Shown here piece after piece: positions 1 through 14,701 of a DNA stretch of 64,000 nt. Source of the DNA: Yuukianura sp. NJ FZ-2021. Taxonomy: Eukaryota. Numbering within the stretch: position 1 is the stretch's first letter; each line of letters starts with the position of its first letter. A program made the position numbers and the translations under genes. The stretch covers positions 8,432,001-8,496,000 of the forward strand of contig CM102287.1 of the NCBI GenBank assembly GCA_046563655.1, read 5' to 3'. The notes beneath the pieces are model-generated. The model was not told the DNA's origin, did no database searches, and was given only the letters and a program-made list of their open reading frames with translations.

Positions 1-3000
1 CTTCCTTTCAAAAGTTGCAGAAAAAGAAGTTTGAAAAAAGTAAGATTTTTTTTGTCTAAAAGCTTTTTTCATTAAGTAAATTGATACCGAAGCCTTACTT
101 AAGTTTCATACAAAAATAGAACTCGTAACACCATCAACTGTAAGTTTTAGACACTTTGTGTGCGGAAATTGAACCAAATTACACCAACAATTTGCTAATA
201 ACAGGAAAGTCATTCAATTTTACATCAACTCGGTACAAAAAAGAAGCGTAATTACTGAAACCAAAATCTCAAGATTCAACAAAAAGTGTGCAATTACATT
301 CTCACACCACATTTTTTTATATTTGAAAATGAGAAAAACCGGAAACAATTCTCGGTCATTTTTTCTTGTGCTCTCAACAAATACGCAAAAATGCAAATAA
401 AAAATCCACTCCAGCTCGTTTTGCCAGTTTCAATTTTCAAAAAGTAAACTGCACCCCCACACGTTCTCAATTTTAAGGGCTCTCCTCACCCCTTTGCATT
501 AAATCTCCCTCCTGTCAGTTGGAAAAAAAACTAGAAAAGATGTGAATTTCTTTTTTACCTAAGAAAAAACAAGGTAAGCAGTCAGTGACTGACTACTCTG
601 TCACTGTCTAAATCCAATGCAAAATCAGCAGAATCCTGTAAAATCCACAAGTGACTGACCGAACCGGTCTCATTACCCCGTTGACATTGGAGGTAACTAA
701 CTTGACACGGGACATCCCATTACTATTCGATTGTAGCAAAGTAGCACTCCCAGGAACTAAAGAAATTTAGAATAGGAGAGGCACACAATTTAGTCAAGTC
801 AAGAGCCAAGGAGCCACTGGCACACCCACTTCCGCCGTGAATTCCCACACCAATCACCACACACATCCTTACTCTAACTTTGTTCTAAAAAAGCAAAACT
901 CTCAACCTTTTTGTCTGCAATTAAAATTAACCTTAAGTAAATTGACTTTAGAAATCATCATTTAATCATCTAATTTTAATTAACAAAAAGCTAAATCATC
1001 CTGCAAAAATTCGAGGATGAATTTTTTTTGTAAAGAAAATTGTCTATTTTTTTATTTTTGTGTAAAAATTTTCTTTCGAAAAACTGGAAAAAGTTATTTC
1101 CCTGGATCCAAAAACTTTCGGGTCTGACAATTTCAAAAACGAAAAAATTCGCTCAAACAACGTTTTCTGGTGCGAAAATAAGTTTTGAGTAGGTTTGGAA
1201 GAAAAGTGAAAAAACAAATTCTCGATGGGAAGGGTCCCCCTTCCCTTCATTTTCAAAAAGCTGAAAAACGAAACGAAAAAACGAAAGCAGAAATTCTTGA
1301 AAAAGTGAAAAATTCCTGAGCTTCGGTTTTTAAATTTCACATGAACGCCCCAATGAAACCCAGCAAAATGTGATCGCACCATTCGTGGCAACATTTTGGT
1401 TTAAGGCCGAGGTGCCAGGAGCTTTTTGGGAAAAATATTTCGAGAGTTGAATTTGAAATGTCAGAAAAAGTGAAAAATTCAAGCATTTCAATTTCAAGTG
1501 CTTCTATTCTTGTATTTCAAATTATGTTTCGCATTAGAGTTAGGAAATGAGGAATAAGTTTGGGTGCGGTCTAAGGATAAACGCGTTTTCTTTAAGACAA
1601 ACAGGAAGTCCTTGTCTTAAGTTAAGTGATCAACCAACACCTAGCCTCATAATTAACTCATCAATTGTTAGTTAATTAAACAGATCAGTTCCAAACTGGA
1701 TTCTGCGCAGAAGCTGGTTTGGGCATTATTCAATTACACTGCTCACAAAGCTCAGCTCCTCCTCCCTTCACTTCTGCAACAATTAAAAGAACAATGGCTC
1801 TCTTTTGAGTTCAAGTACGGACAACTGCTTTTACTTTGCTCCACAATTAAAACCAAACCTACACTTTTAATGTCAACTAAAATGGAACATGAGGAGTCAT
1901 CAACTGCAAAAACCAGTACAAGGACACGAACTGGAATTGGAATACATAAAACATCCCACACTTTTTAACACTTAAAATTTATAGTTGATTGATGACAATC
2001 ATTAAACCAGCGGCATCAAAACAAAAGTGTCGATTTCCAATTCCAATTAATAAACAAATACTTACTGTGAAAAATACCATTGTGGAGCATTGACCTACAA
2101 AGTCCTGGCTTAATTACCTCAATTCAAAGACCAGATTCACCTTTATATAAAAAGTGGAAATTATTTTCAATTTAACTTGTATTTGGCACTCCGAGCTACC
2201 ATCTAAATTGTCACTGGCCACTTCAGTCTTTAGTCTTTGTAGGTCAAAGAAAAGTAAGTTAGACCATCGACACGAGACGTTTTTAATGGTCATGACCCTG
2301 TCATCCTCATCGAATCATTTCAAAATTTCATTTCACAGTGGACCCCCTGGGAACAACTTTTAGTTGGATGATGATCTACCACATAATGAGAGCATCTTAA
2401 AACCTTAAATCTTTGATTACCAGAAACTTACAAGACAGTAATCATCAATTAAACACTACTCGTGGACCCAAAAACTTCAATTCTCATATCATAACAAAAG
2501 AATTGCACAGCAGGATTTTCTTAATATGAAAAAAGTATCACACTACTCCGCATCTTTGACGTTTCCGTTCTAATAAACACAAAACGCTTAAAACAGAGCA
2601 ACAATTTTTGAAATTGAAAGTCTCTGCAATAATCCAAACATTTGAATTTCGAATTTTCATCTACACATTTCAAATTATTTTCCCTGCTCATTCTACATTT
2701 ATGCACAGCAGTACGAAAAAATATTTTTTCCTAAATGTTTTCTTAGATTCAGAAAGAACCAAAAATTGAAAAGAAAATGACAAAGCGAATCATGTTTCGA
2801 AATTGCTTTCAAAAGTAATCGTAATCGTTAAGGAGTAAAGTAACTTTACTTTCCAATTCTTTATTATAAAATATTACACCACCACCATGGCTAATCACAG
2901 TTAGAAAAACAAAAATGAGAAAACACACATACGAAACATGTACTAATCTAACCACACGATGCAATTTGTTGTATACTGCAGAAACAGAATCCATTAGCAA

Positions 3001-6000
3001 GAAAACTAAACAAAATCCCATTTGTGCAAATTATAAAAACTTTCGTACCATAATTCACCATTGGACACGACAGTGGACACTTTGACAAAAGTGCACAAAA
3101 TGACACAAAAAGAAAACAGTCAAAAAATGAAAGATGAAGCCAAAAACCTAATGTAAAAAACTCATGCTGTGCCAAAATTGTCTTTCATTTTGTAACACTT
3201 CACACGTTAGGTCCTCTTAATTCGCACAAGACAACGGTAGGACGCCTAGAGCAAAAACGTTAATAACCATGTTAAATTTAAGTTATGCTTTAAAGTTAAG
3301 TTCCAAAAATCGAATCAATTTCGTCAATGAAATTCTTGCAACTACAAACTGAATTCAAAATTGGAAATTCAAGATTCATTTTCCGTTTTGGTTTCAAAAC
3401 GTGCTCAAGTACCTCAATCCATAAAATGTTCCTTGAGCAAACCAAAATCCAATGCATTTGATTCATTAATTCCATGAAACGATTTTCGCTATGCTCACAC
3501 TACAGGAAGAGAAAATGTAATAAATTCTCAGCGTTTCAATTTTCAAATTGATTAAAAATTTCCTACGCTGCACGCTCTGCTTGTAATCCAAAACTTCAAA
3601 ATTCTTCAAACTTTTGTTTAAAAAAAACCAACCACTCACGACAAAATTACTCCAATCTTCAAATTTTTTCAAAAGTAAAGTGAAAGTAACTAAAAAAAAG
3701 TGAAACAAAAAATCAAAATTTGATGTCAGAAATTTCAACTTATAATTTCTACTGAAGTGAAGCGAGTTGGAAAAAACTAAAAAGTAGGTCAACAGAGAGA
3801 CTTGAGACAAGGAATATTCCTTTTGAAGTACACCATTTGCTTGCAGGGTTTCAATTTTCTGTTTACCTTAGGAGACTTCAATTTCAACTTAGGGTTTTCA
3901 CCATTTCAAATTGAAAACTGTACATTTTGCTGCTCCTTAAAATCATGAAACCAAAACTTTCTTTCAAAACCCAAAACCCTCCATTCCTCACCCCTTTCCA
4001 TCTTTATAAATCATATAAAAACATAGAAAAATGTAAAATAGAAAAACCTAACCTTAAACCACTCAATTGACAACATTTAGCTCTAAGGGAATCGAGATTC
4101 CTCTGCGCTACAATTGCAATTTGAAGGACATTTGATTGCAAATTCTCTGTTAGTTATCACTACTTGAGGTTCAGCAGAATGTGTGCCAAAATTATTAAAG
4201 CTTTCCCTTATGATGGGCCATAATTTCGTTAACTCCCCAAAAATTATTTCAATTTCAAGGTAATCAAGTCTAAAATTCCATTTCTTCATTTCCAAAAGCT
4301 CTTCCGCCCTGCATCCAGAAAGTGTTCGTCGTGCTCCAATTTTGACACCTAACTTATCAACACCTAACATAACATAACGTTATTCTTATTAAATTTTTGA
4401 CAGCTCATGTCCATACTTAGCATTTCTAGATTATCGGAACATCACAACCAATTAAATCCATTCTATTTATAGTGTCAGTTTACTTTTGAAGGTAAAAAAA
4501 GAGAGAAGCTTCCGTGTAACCCGCATCGCATCACGAATTTGCGTTTTGCCAAATTTCGGCCTCCAGAAAAACACAGAATATATAAAACTATTGACGCACG
4601 TATGACAAAAAATAACAAACACTTAACCTAAATGAAATGGAAATTAAAACAATGCTTTTTCTGCTTACGAACGAAGCTTTACAGAAAACAAAGGGAAGAG
4701 GAATGGGCTCATTAAAATCAAAATTCGACACAAAAGTCCATTAGCGAAAAATAATGCAAAAAATTTGCGACTTTGGAAACAAAGCCGCTTTACGGAGCAA
4801 CTAAAATTCAAACTAACGCCCTCACCCCGCCTTGTTCTTACGCTCATAAAAATAAAATAACGAACCTTAGCGTAAAGAGAAGCACGTTTTTGCAAAAACA
4901 ATTTTTCAAAAACAAAATTACACTTCAACTTTTCAGTCTTCAAGAAACACCGCTTAACTGACACCTCCACAAAAACGTTTGTGCAAAAATTGTGCAAACA
5001 AGAAACAACAATTTCCCGTTATGCTCCTTTTGATTTAGAACTTTAAAAAAACGTTTTTTGGTAATTAAAAAAAGTAGCAAACTCTTTAAAATTTATTACC
5101 AAAAAGCTCTCAACGAGTAAAAGATTTTTTTGGCAACCATGCGAAATCTACACCTCCTCATCTTTTTGGCCGTAAATTTGCAATTTCTATGCCCAAAATT
5201 TGGAAAAATGAAAAAAGTACACAAAACTGGTTAATTCAGTTAAAAAAATTTCGGCAGTTCATGACTCCCTCCCCCTCCTCTTGCACTTGCTTGTCAAAAT
5301 TCCAAATTGCAAAAGAAAATGAACTTTGTAACAACAAAAAAAAGTCGTGACATGTTTTGAAAATTGCAAAATACTGTTTCAAAATTGGAAATTGGTCAGA
5401 TTTAAATTGGTAGCAGAGGCGTTGAGGTCGTTTTAACTTCAAAATCAAAACTCCCGAATTCGAAAGCTGTCCAAACTTGGATCCGGTACCGGTTCGTCAT
5501 ACGAAACGGTTATGTTAAACTTAGGTTAGCCTAACCGTTAAACTTGATCTGTCCAAAATTGGACATGTGACGTGACATGTCGGTGTTGGTATGCTTAGTG
5601 GTGACTACCCCGGGGGGACTTGAAAAGTGACGTCAGATGGAAATGTATCCTTAAGGTATTTGGACAGTTGACCTTATTAGGACGTGGGCCCTTATAAGGT
5701 CATTCAGTCACCGCCTTCAAATGACCACAATAAGAACACAGAGAGCCTTAACTTTAGAAAATTCAAAAGGCATGAGGGAGTGGATTTTCAGTTTCAAATT
5801 CCACTTTTGGGGTAACGCAATGTCCAATTATAGCCAAGTCCTCAGGAGGCCTTGAGTGACCTTACGCCTCCTTTGACTAAACATAATAGAAATACGTGCC
5901 TCTAAGATTAATATTAATCCAAAACATAGTAGAAATTGCACTGCTCATGTCACGAAGACTCAATTGAAAGTAAAATCAAATTGAATCTTTGAAGGATAAT

Positions 6001-6604
6001 GGAATTCCTGTGCCTCCACTGACACACATTCTAAAGTCAAATTATAGACATGTGTCACTGGGACTGGACATTGTAACAATTACAGCTTAAATTATAAGTT
6101 ACTGCAAAGGCATAGATTAGGCAAGACTTAAGACATCCTCCACCCAAAAACAGAATGTACAACCTTACTCCACCTAACTTATACAGTTTCATGAATATGT
6201 CTTCCTGTCAAGTAATTCCTAAATCATGGATCCAACTGCCAACGATTCCCTTGTCCCACTTGAACCCTGACACACAATAACATAAATAACAACAACCAAT
6301 TGTAACTGAACTAAAAACTGGATTGGAAGAGATGCTAACACATAAACTTAACATTCCATTTCATTGTGAAGACCAGCAAGGTGTCAATATCCTCATCTCG
6401 TATGTGGTTCACAGCACTCTTGTCCATTGTTCCACCGAGACGCAGAGAAAACGACGATGAGCCCATAAAATCTTACTATGAAACGCACCACACCACAACA
6501 ACAACAAAAAGTTCGCATACCGAAGTTGCCAAATTCCAAGCCACAATTGCTCAACAATACTTCCCCGTTCCAAAAAAAAAGACAAGAAATTAGGTCTGGC
6601 TTAC

Positions 6605-7259
6605 CTTGTTTAGAAGCTGAATGCCGAATAGGAAGAATAATGTTGTTGTTGTTCAATCTTGTGTTTAGCAATACAGTTGAATTGAATCTTCCAGCGAAAG
6701 TGGCTTGAAGTTTATCGGAGCTTCCAAAGGCTGTGTATTTTGAGCGGAAGACGTCTGTTCACCTGAGAAATTCACCTGTAAATGTTGAGAAGAATACATT
6801 TTCACGCTAAGAGGGGTTCGTAAAGGAAAAACTTATAACGAGTCTTACCTCTTGCATGCTAGGGAGATGGAAATCCATGCCAGACTTGAAGAGGGATAGC
6901 ATCATACAGGTGAGTGAAGTCCATCCTTTTGTTTCGTTGGGAGATGAAAAAGCTAACATTGGGTTTAACTGTATTCGATTCTTGTAGCAAATGGAGCTAA
7001 CGCTAACCCCTTCGTAAGTCCAAATCTTATGGTGTTATGTAGTTGCTCTATGCGGTTGAGAGACTTGTAGTCTTGCGGGCCTAAAAAAATAACAACATTT
7101 TTCAACAAATAATAATTTGATACATAAGATTTCCTGTCTTCGGTCGAACTTGCTGCTTTTACCTGCAAAGACATACATATGCGACTGTAACAAGTTGAAG
7201 AAGAAGGTCGGATCTCTTCCTGTGCTCATTTCTTCTTTCATTTTTTAAGTCAAAACAAC
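6605..7259 (-). other. Probable spliced 5' leader exons (7259-7163, 7080-6849, 6775-6605) of an unidentified minus-strand gene continuing left of the window
   Basis: Minus-strand GT-AG sites: acceptors ttattag|, ttttttag|, tacag|; donors GCAG|gtaaaa, GAG|gtaaga, AAG|gtaagc; introns of 82 and 73 nt. Only short ORFs. Sequence 1-6600 is A/C-rich on +, consistent with a long minus-strand intron. Confidence 0.4.
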
Positions 7260-7497
7260 CTAATAAAACAAAAAGACATAAAATCAAAACTTGGTCATAT
7301 GTCATAGAGTTTACGAGATAAACTTGTTATGGAATACAGAATGTGTATGACACCACACCCATGAACTTCTGTCAATTAAGATTTTCAAAAAAAAAATCAA
7401 AAACTTCAATACACCAACACAAATGCTGGTACACTAAAAACTCACTGACATACCCAAACAACGCTACATAATCAGCACTTATTAGTATCCTTATGTT

Positions 7498-7637
7498 TGC
7501 TACGGTTAAGGTCAAGGGTATTCTCCTTACAACGGTAAGGTCAATGGTATCGCCGTTACAACGTTAATGTCACGGGTATCGGACTTGGACTTACAACGTT
7601 AAGGTTAAGAGAATCGTACTTACAACGTTGGTATTCT
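7498..7637. repeat. Degenerate ~30-bp tandem repeat (core CTTACAACG(G/T)TAAGGTCA..GGTAT), ~5 copies
   Basis: ttacaacg recurs at ~7527, 7556, 7591 and 7620, followed by related taaggtca/ggtat words. Confidence 0.7.
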
Positions 7638-8577
7638 TCACGTTGCTATCTCGCATGGTTTAGTAGCCTACACAGGTTTCGATGTCGTTGACGATGAGGA
7701 GGCGACGATGTCACTTAATTAAAAAGTTAGCGACAGCGACAGCGGAGCGATGACACTACAATTAAATAAAAACAAAGGAATGAATGGACGGAGGGAAAGA
7801 AAATAAACAAACCGGCGAACGCACCAATCAGAGAGCGAGAAAATTTGCGGCTGCGCCTTTTGCTGTTTGAATAATTTTTTGAGTTCAACAAGCGTATACC
7901 AACACACACCGTATTCCCAACCTTCAGATATGGGCATAATTCATTTGATTATTTTTTTTTATGTTTTGTGGTGGTATTGGTAAGTATTGCGTTCACGCTA
8001 CGATGTAAATAGTAAAAAAAACTCTAATTAATTGAAAATTAATTTGTCAAAGCATATTGTATGTGATAAAAACGGCATAGTGTTTGATGTCGAGAAGATT
8101 CTCAAGTAAGTATCCGGGATCACCAAACTTAAAGAAGAAAATAGTTGTACATATATCTGGTGTTAGCGTATAAGTCTAGCGTCTAGCATAAAATAGAGTC
8201 ATAAAATTGCTAATTACAAATCCTAAGTTGTTTTATCATATTTTATTTAAATACTAGTAATTCAACATAATAAAAGTCAGTTCAGCGATAAATTTTTAAA
8301 AATAAATTCAACAAGAAATAAATAAATGCCCAACTGTGGCACGAGGCGGAAGAGGCAAAGGAAGTTTTAGTACAACCTGTCTACTGCGGCGGGAGATCCT
8401 TGTTTTGTTCATTTGTTTACGACAAAAAAGAAAGAGAGGAAAAGGTCCACGTCCGACGTCCGAGGTCATCCAATCAATCAATCAATTTAAGGTATACATA
8501 TTTACTTCAACATAGTAATTCATCTAATTCAGCGATTGTTTACCCATACTACAGGGGAATTTAGTTCCTGTGAAACG

Positions 8578-9998
8578 ATGGCACTATGGGTGGACAAGTA
8601 CCGACCAAAATCCCTGGATGACTTGAGTTACCATAAAGCTGAAGCAACGAACCTAAAGGAACTGGTAACAACGAAACAAATTCACAGACTATATTTGTGT
8701 AACGGTAGTGTATGGGTGACAATTGATATCCGAGTTCGTGATTCGTGACTCCTACTTCCTACCCATTGACATCATTTTAATTAAACTACGATTTTCTTGC
8801 AGGTTCGTAATGGTGACTTTCCTCATTTGCTTGTTTACGGACCCAGTGGAGCTGGAAAGCGAACACGGATTTCTTGTCTCCTTCGTGAACTTTATGGAAA
8901 CGGAGTGGATCGTGTCCGAATTCAACGTCAGGTCTTCGAGGTAAACCATTTCTGAACCACTCCAAATACTAAAGTCAAACTTAACCTTACTTTTTGATTT
9001 CCTAACAGTCTGCTTCAAAGAAGAAGATTGAGATATCTACTTACTCCAGCAATTATCATATCGAAGTAAATCCAAGCGATGTCGGGATGTACGATCGTGT
9101 TATTATTCAAGAGCTCATCAAGTCCGTGGCAGAGACTCATCCGCTGGACCAGCATCCATTCAAAGGTGAGCAAGGATTTCATTAGTGATTTTTCAGCCCA
9201 TCAAACTTTATATTGTTTTCGTTTGCTTTTGTTATAGTCGTTGTTCTCCAAGAAGTTGACCGATTGACCAAGGACGCCCAAGATGCATTGCGTCGTACGA
9301 TGGAGAAGTACATTTCATCCTGTCGACTCATTCTTTGTGCTTTGTCTACTTCAAGAGTGACACCGGCAATTCAAAGTCGATGCCTTTTAGTTCGTGTTGC
9401 TTCTCCATCGGAGCCTCAAATTACTAAAGTTCTCCAATACGTTGCGAAGAAGGAATCAATCGTCGCTCCAGTCGAGCTCTGTGACAGAATCGCTAAGGCC
9501 TCTCTTGGAAACCTTCGTCGTGCTATTCTAATGTTTGAAGCATGTCGTGCCGATCGTTATCCTTTTGTTGATAATCAGCAGCTTCAATGTAAGTTGCTCC
9601 CTGCAATTTCTCTTTTACTGCATTCAAGGTAACATCGTTTTATCATTTCTTGTTTAGTTCCGGATTGGGAGATATACTTGAAGGAAACTGCCGTTCAGAT
9701 GGTCCATGAACAAAGTCCAGCAAAGCTACTCGCAATTCGAGAGCGGCTGTTCCAGTTGCTTGGTCACTGCATTCCGCCGGAGGTGATCTTCAAAGGTCTC
9801 TTGAAAGAAGTTGTTCGAAACTGTGACAACCAATTGAAGGCTGAGATTTGTGCTGAGGCTGCTCGATGCCAATGGCGATGTTCCCGTGGTTCGAAACACA
9901 TCTTTCATCTGGAGGAGTTTGTAGCCAAGTTTATGGCTATTTACAAACGTTTCATAGAGCAGAGTATTGGAGATGGCTTTGATGATGATGATGACTAA
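8578..9998 (+). CDS. RFC3: Replication factor C subunit 3 (RFC38); exons 8578-8664, 8803-8940, 9009-9165, 9238-9588, 9658-9998
   Basis: [14 protein letters not shown]-terminus, [16 protein letters not shown]alker [39 protein letters not shown] (SRC motif), [16 protein letters not shown]; canonical GT-AG introns keep the frame. Confidence 0.97.
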
Positions 9999-10150
9999 AA
10001 TCTGCTGTCTTATAAGTAGTTCAGTTCCAGTACTTGCTAAGGTATTAAAATACAAAACGTTTTCCTCCTGTTAATGATAAGTTTTCATTTAAAACTACTC
10101 AGGTTCGTATCAAATAATAGTTAATGTAAAAAAGTTGTCAAAATGTCATC

Positions 10151-11359
10151 TCATGGCGGAGTGAGATGATACTCTCCTTCCGGAACTAAAAATTGACTCA
10201 GTTGTTTGTAGTACTTTTCCTGTAAAGTTGTTTTCAGTTCTTCTCTCTTTAGCCATAAGAAGTCTTTGATGGGTGTATTAGAAGGTGGTGGCTCCATTTT
10301 CCCGTCTACATAATTTGCTTTGTAGAAAAACACCTACACATCCACATTAGACATTAACAGTAAATGAGATGAAAAAGTTTAAAGTTTTGTAAAGTCATCG
10401 ATTACCTTGGCCCCAGTTACATCTTGCCCGGCTTTATTTTTCACTCCAGCTGGATACTTGTATTTGTAGAATCCAAAAGGAGCGTTTCCCATTACTTTAG
10501 CGGTGATGTTGGGACAAGTTTGTTGAAGAATCTTATCCGCAGCCTACAGAAAAGATAAATTCTGAAATCTAAGATGACCGCAAATACATCAAATTTGATT
10601 CTCAGGCTCTCAGCAACTTACTTGTCGCAGGGTTTGGTTCTCTTCGACCTTGATTTGGGGACAAACCCAACGGTAATCGTTTCCTAACTTCTGTGCCACA
10701 ACCAGTACAAGGTGAGAGTCGAGAGCTCTGCTGAGCGACTTCGTATCATTTTTATGATCAGCATCTGAAAGTTGAATCGTTTGGTGTTATAAGCCAACTT
10801 TTTTGTTATGGTTAGTTGGCTTACCAGTTTTCCTACTCGCTGGAACAAACGTTAGTAGTTCTGCATTTGACTTGTCTTCGAAATCTTGTGCTGTTTGAAT
10901 TGATCCAGAATCGACCTCTCCTGATTTAATTTTTTCAGCTAGTCGCCTTTGAAACAAATCAAGTAATGACAATTAGACAACCCTAAACTTTCCACATCAA
11001 CGACGTAATAGCGATTCTTTGGTCGATCGACGTACGCATCATCCAAGTGGCGCATTTCATGGTCAGATTTATAACTGTTCTCCAGCTCATATTCAGCCAA
11101 GAACGCAGCGAATTTCTTCTCGAATGGTGTCATATCCTTAGTTATTTGTGGCTTCCGTTCCAAACAAACGCTGGCGTAAATGTCCCATGTCCGACAACTG
11201 CAACACACCGATAATAACGTTGATATTCTACACTGTGATTGACATCGTCAGGACGTTAATGACATACCCATCAGCGACATTTTGTGTCTGTGTTGATCCT
11301 GTGATGCCACGTCGAGTCCCAAACACCAAAGAAAAGTACCTAGCCAAAACAATTCTCAT
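10151..11359 (-). CDS. MRPL46: Mitochondrial ribosomal protein L46 (multi-exon)
   Basis: Basic targeting-like N-terminus MRIVLARYFSLVFGTRRG; WDIYASVCLERKPQIT, ELENSYKSDHEMR, KSLSRALDSHLVLVV, GNAPFGFYKYKYP, GAKVFFYKA, DFLWLKREEL. Confidence 0.93.
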
Positions 11360-12982
11360 TTAACCAGTGTCAGTTAAATCCTTACACATCGAATGATTAA
11401 GATTAGTTATGAAACAAATGAAATTAACGATACCGTAACCTCTGTAGTAGTGGTCTGCTTTGAACAATAGTGCATACCACTGCCATCGCTGCACTTTACG
11501 TTTAGACGTAACCACTCAATTAACGATTCTAAATTAAGAAGATTGTGTTTTGTTTGTTTACCAACACAACAATCAATCGGTTTAATTTTTGATTGAACTT
11601 CAATTCAATTTGCACAAAAGACAAAACAGATGATCATCCCGCATTCTTCATGCGAAAAAAATCACGTGCACCTGTCTCCGGCTGTGGGAATGAACTCCCG
11701 TTGAAATCCGTAGAGAGAGGGATGTCATTCATTGGTTCCGGTTGGAACACACTAACACTAACCCAATTGTAAACAATAATGACATTGACAGTGGTGCCGA
11801 ATATCCACTTTTTTGACGTTTCTTCCAGTTGACGCTTTATTTTGTCCGGTTTTACCCGGAAGAAATGGCTAGGGAAAATGGGTATAACTGGATACTTGAC
11901 GTATCCATTAGGTGATATCTATGCATTAAATTAAGTGTATATCTTACTTCCACTCCACGTAATTTGAAGTAGGTGGAAGAAATATTTCATCCATCCGATG
12001 ACACTGATTACATTAAATTGTTGCATATTTGAGTTTTAGCCAAATTTTAGCCTCCCTCCTCTTGTGCAAGTGGCGACAATCTCCAGCCGACTGTCACCCT
12101 AAATAGTTACATCAATAAGTGTTGCGATCGGGCGCTCGAGATGGTGGGTCCAGTATCACATATGTCGTTAACGCTTGAGAAATAGTTACCCAAGCCACCA
12201 GTCAGATAATTAACATGCAGTGTTGCACGAAATCCACTTTTTAGACATTTCATCTACGGCTGGATATCCAGCGGAAGAAATAGACGAAATGAAAGGATTC
12301 AAAAGCGCATAGCTTTTCCTGCAGGGTATGAATAGCTTAAAAATGAAGAGCGGAAAAAAATCAAAAACAACCGCAAAACTCGTTAAAATAAAGTTGTAAT
12401 AACTTAACCATTTAACCAAAAGCAAGTGAAATAGTTAGTTAAAGCATTTTTTAATAGTTAATTTAAATTTATTTTAAATTCGCGAGCCGATTTCCTCCAT
12501 TTATCATCCAGTAGGTCCCCATTTCTTCCACTGGATAGTCCGTGGCAGTGGCATTAAGCCACTGGATGTTTAAGCATCCAGTGGCACTGCCACCATGCAC
12601 ACATGTGCACATATGTGACATTTCGTTTACGTCAACCACTCTCTCCACATCCACTGTCTCCTCCTCTGCAGTACAGCAGCGTCTCGCCTCCTAGGCTATA
12701 ATGCACTACTATGGACACATATGATATATAGCTACCCTTGGTTTCTGCTTTGTGCTAAACGGCAAGGGAAAGGGTAGCAACGCGACGACATTTCTGTTTT
12801 TTCTCATTTTCTGACAGTCTTTCTTCGTATTTTTTAGTGATTCGTAGTTTTGATTAATTGACTACTAAACTCGTTAAATTGAGCCTTGGTCACTGAAGAA
12901 GTTGACCAATTCGTTCTTAGAATTCCCCCCACAAATTAGTTATTTAGTCCCTTACTAACTACAATTAGTAAAGCAAAAGCAA

Positions 12983-14701
<1,719 letters not shown>

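Noticed and set aside
2066..2094. 29-nt minus-strand microexon candidate (ttgtag|...|gtaagt)
   Set aside because: Weak pyrimidine tract and no recognisable peptide; cannot be distinguished from chance.
5479..5493. Adjacent BamHI/KpnI/AgeI sites suggesting a vector polylinker
   Set aside because: Only 15 nt, no other vector sequence, and the flanks match the genomic style.
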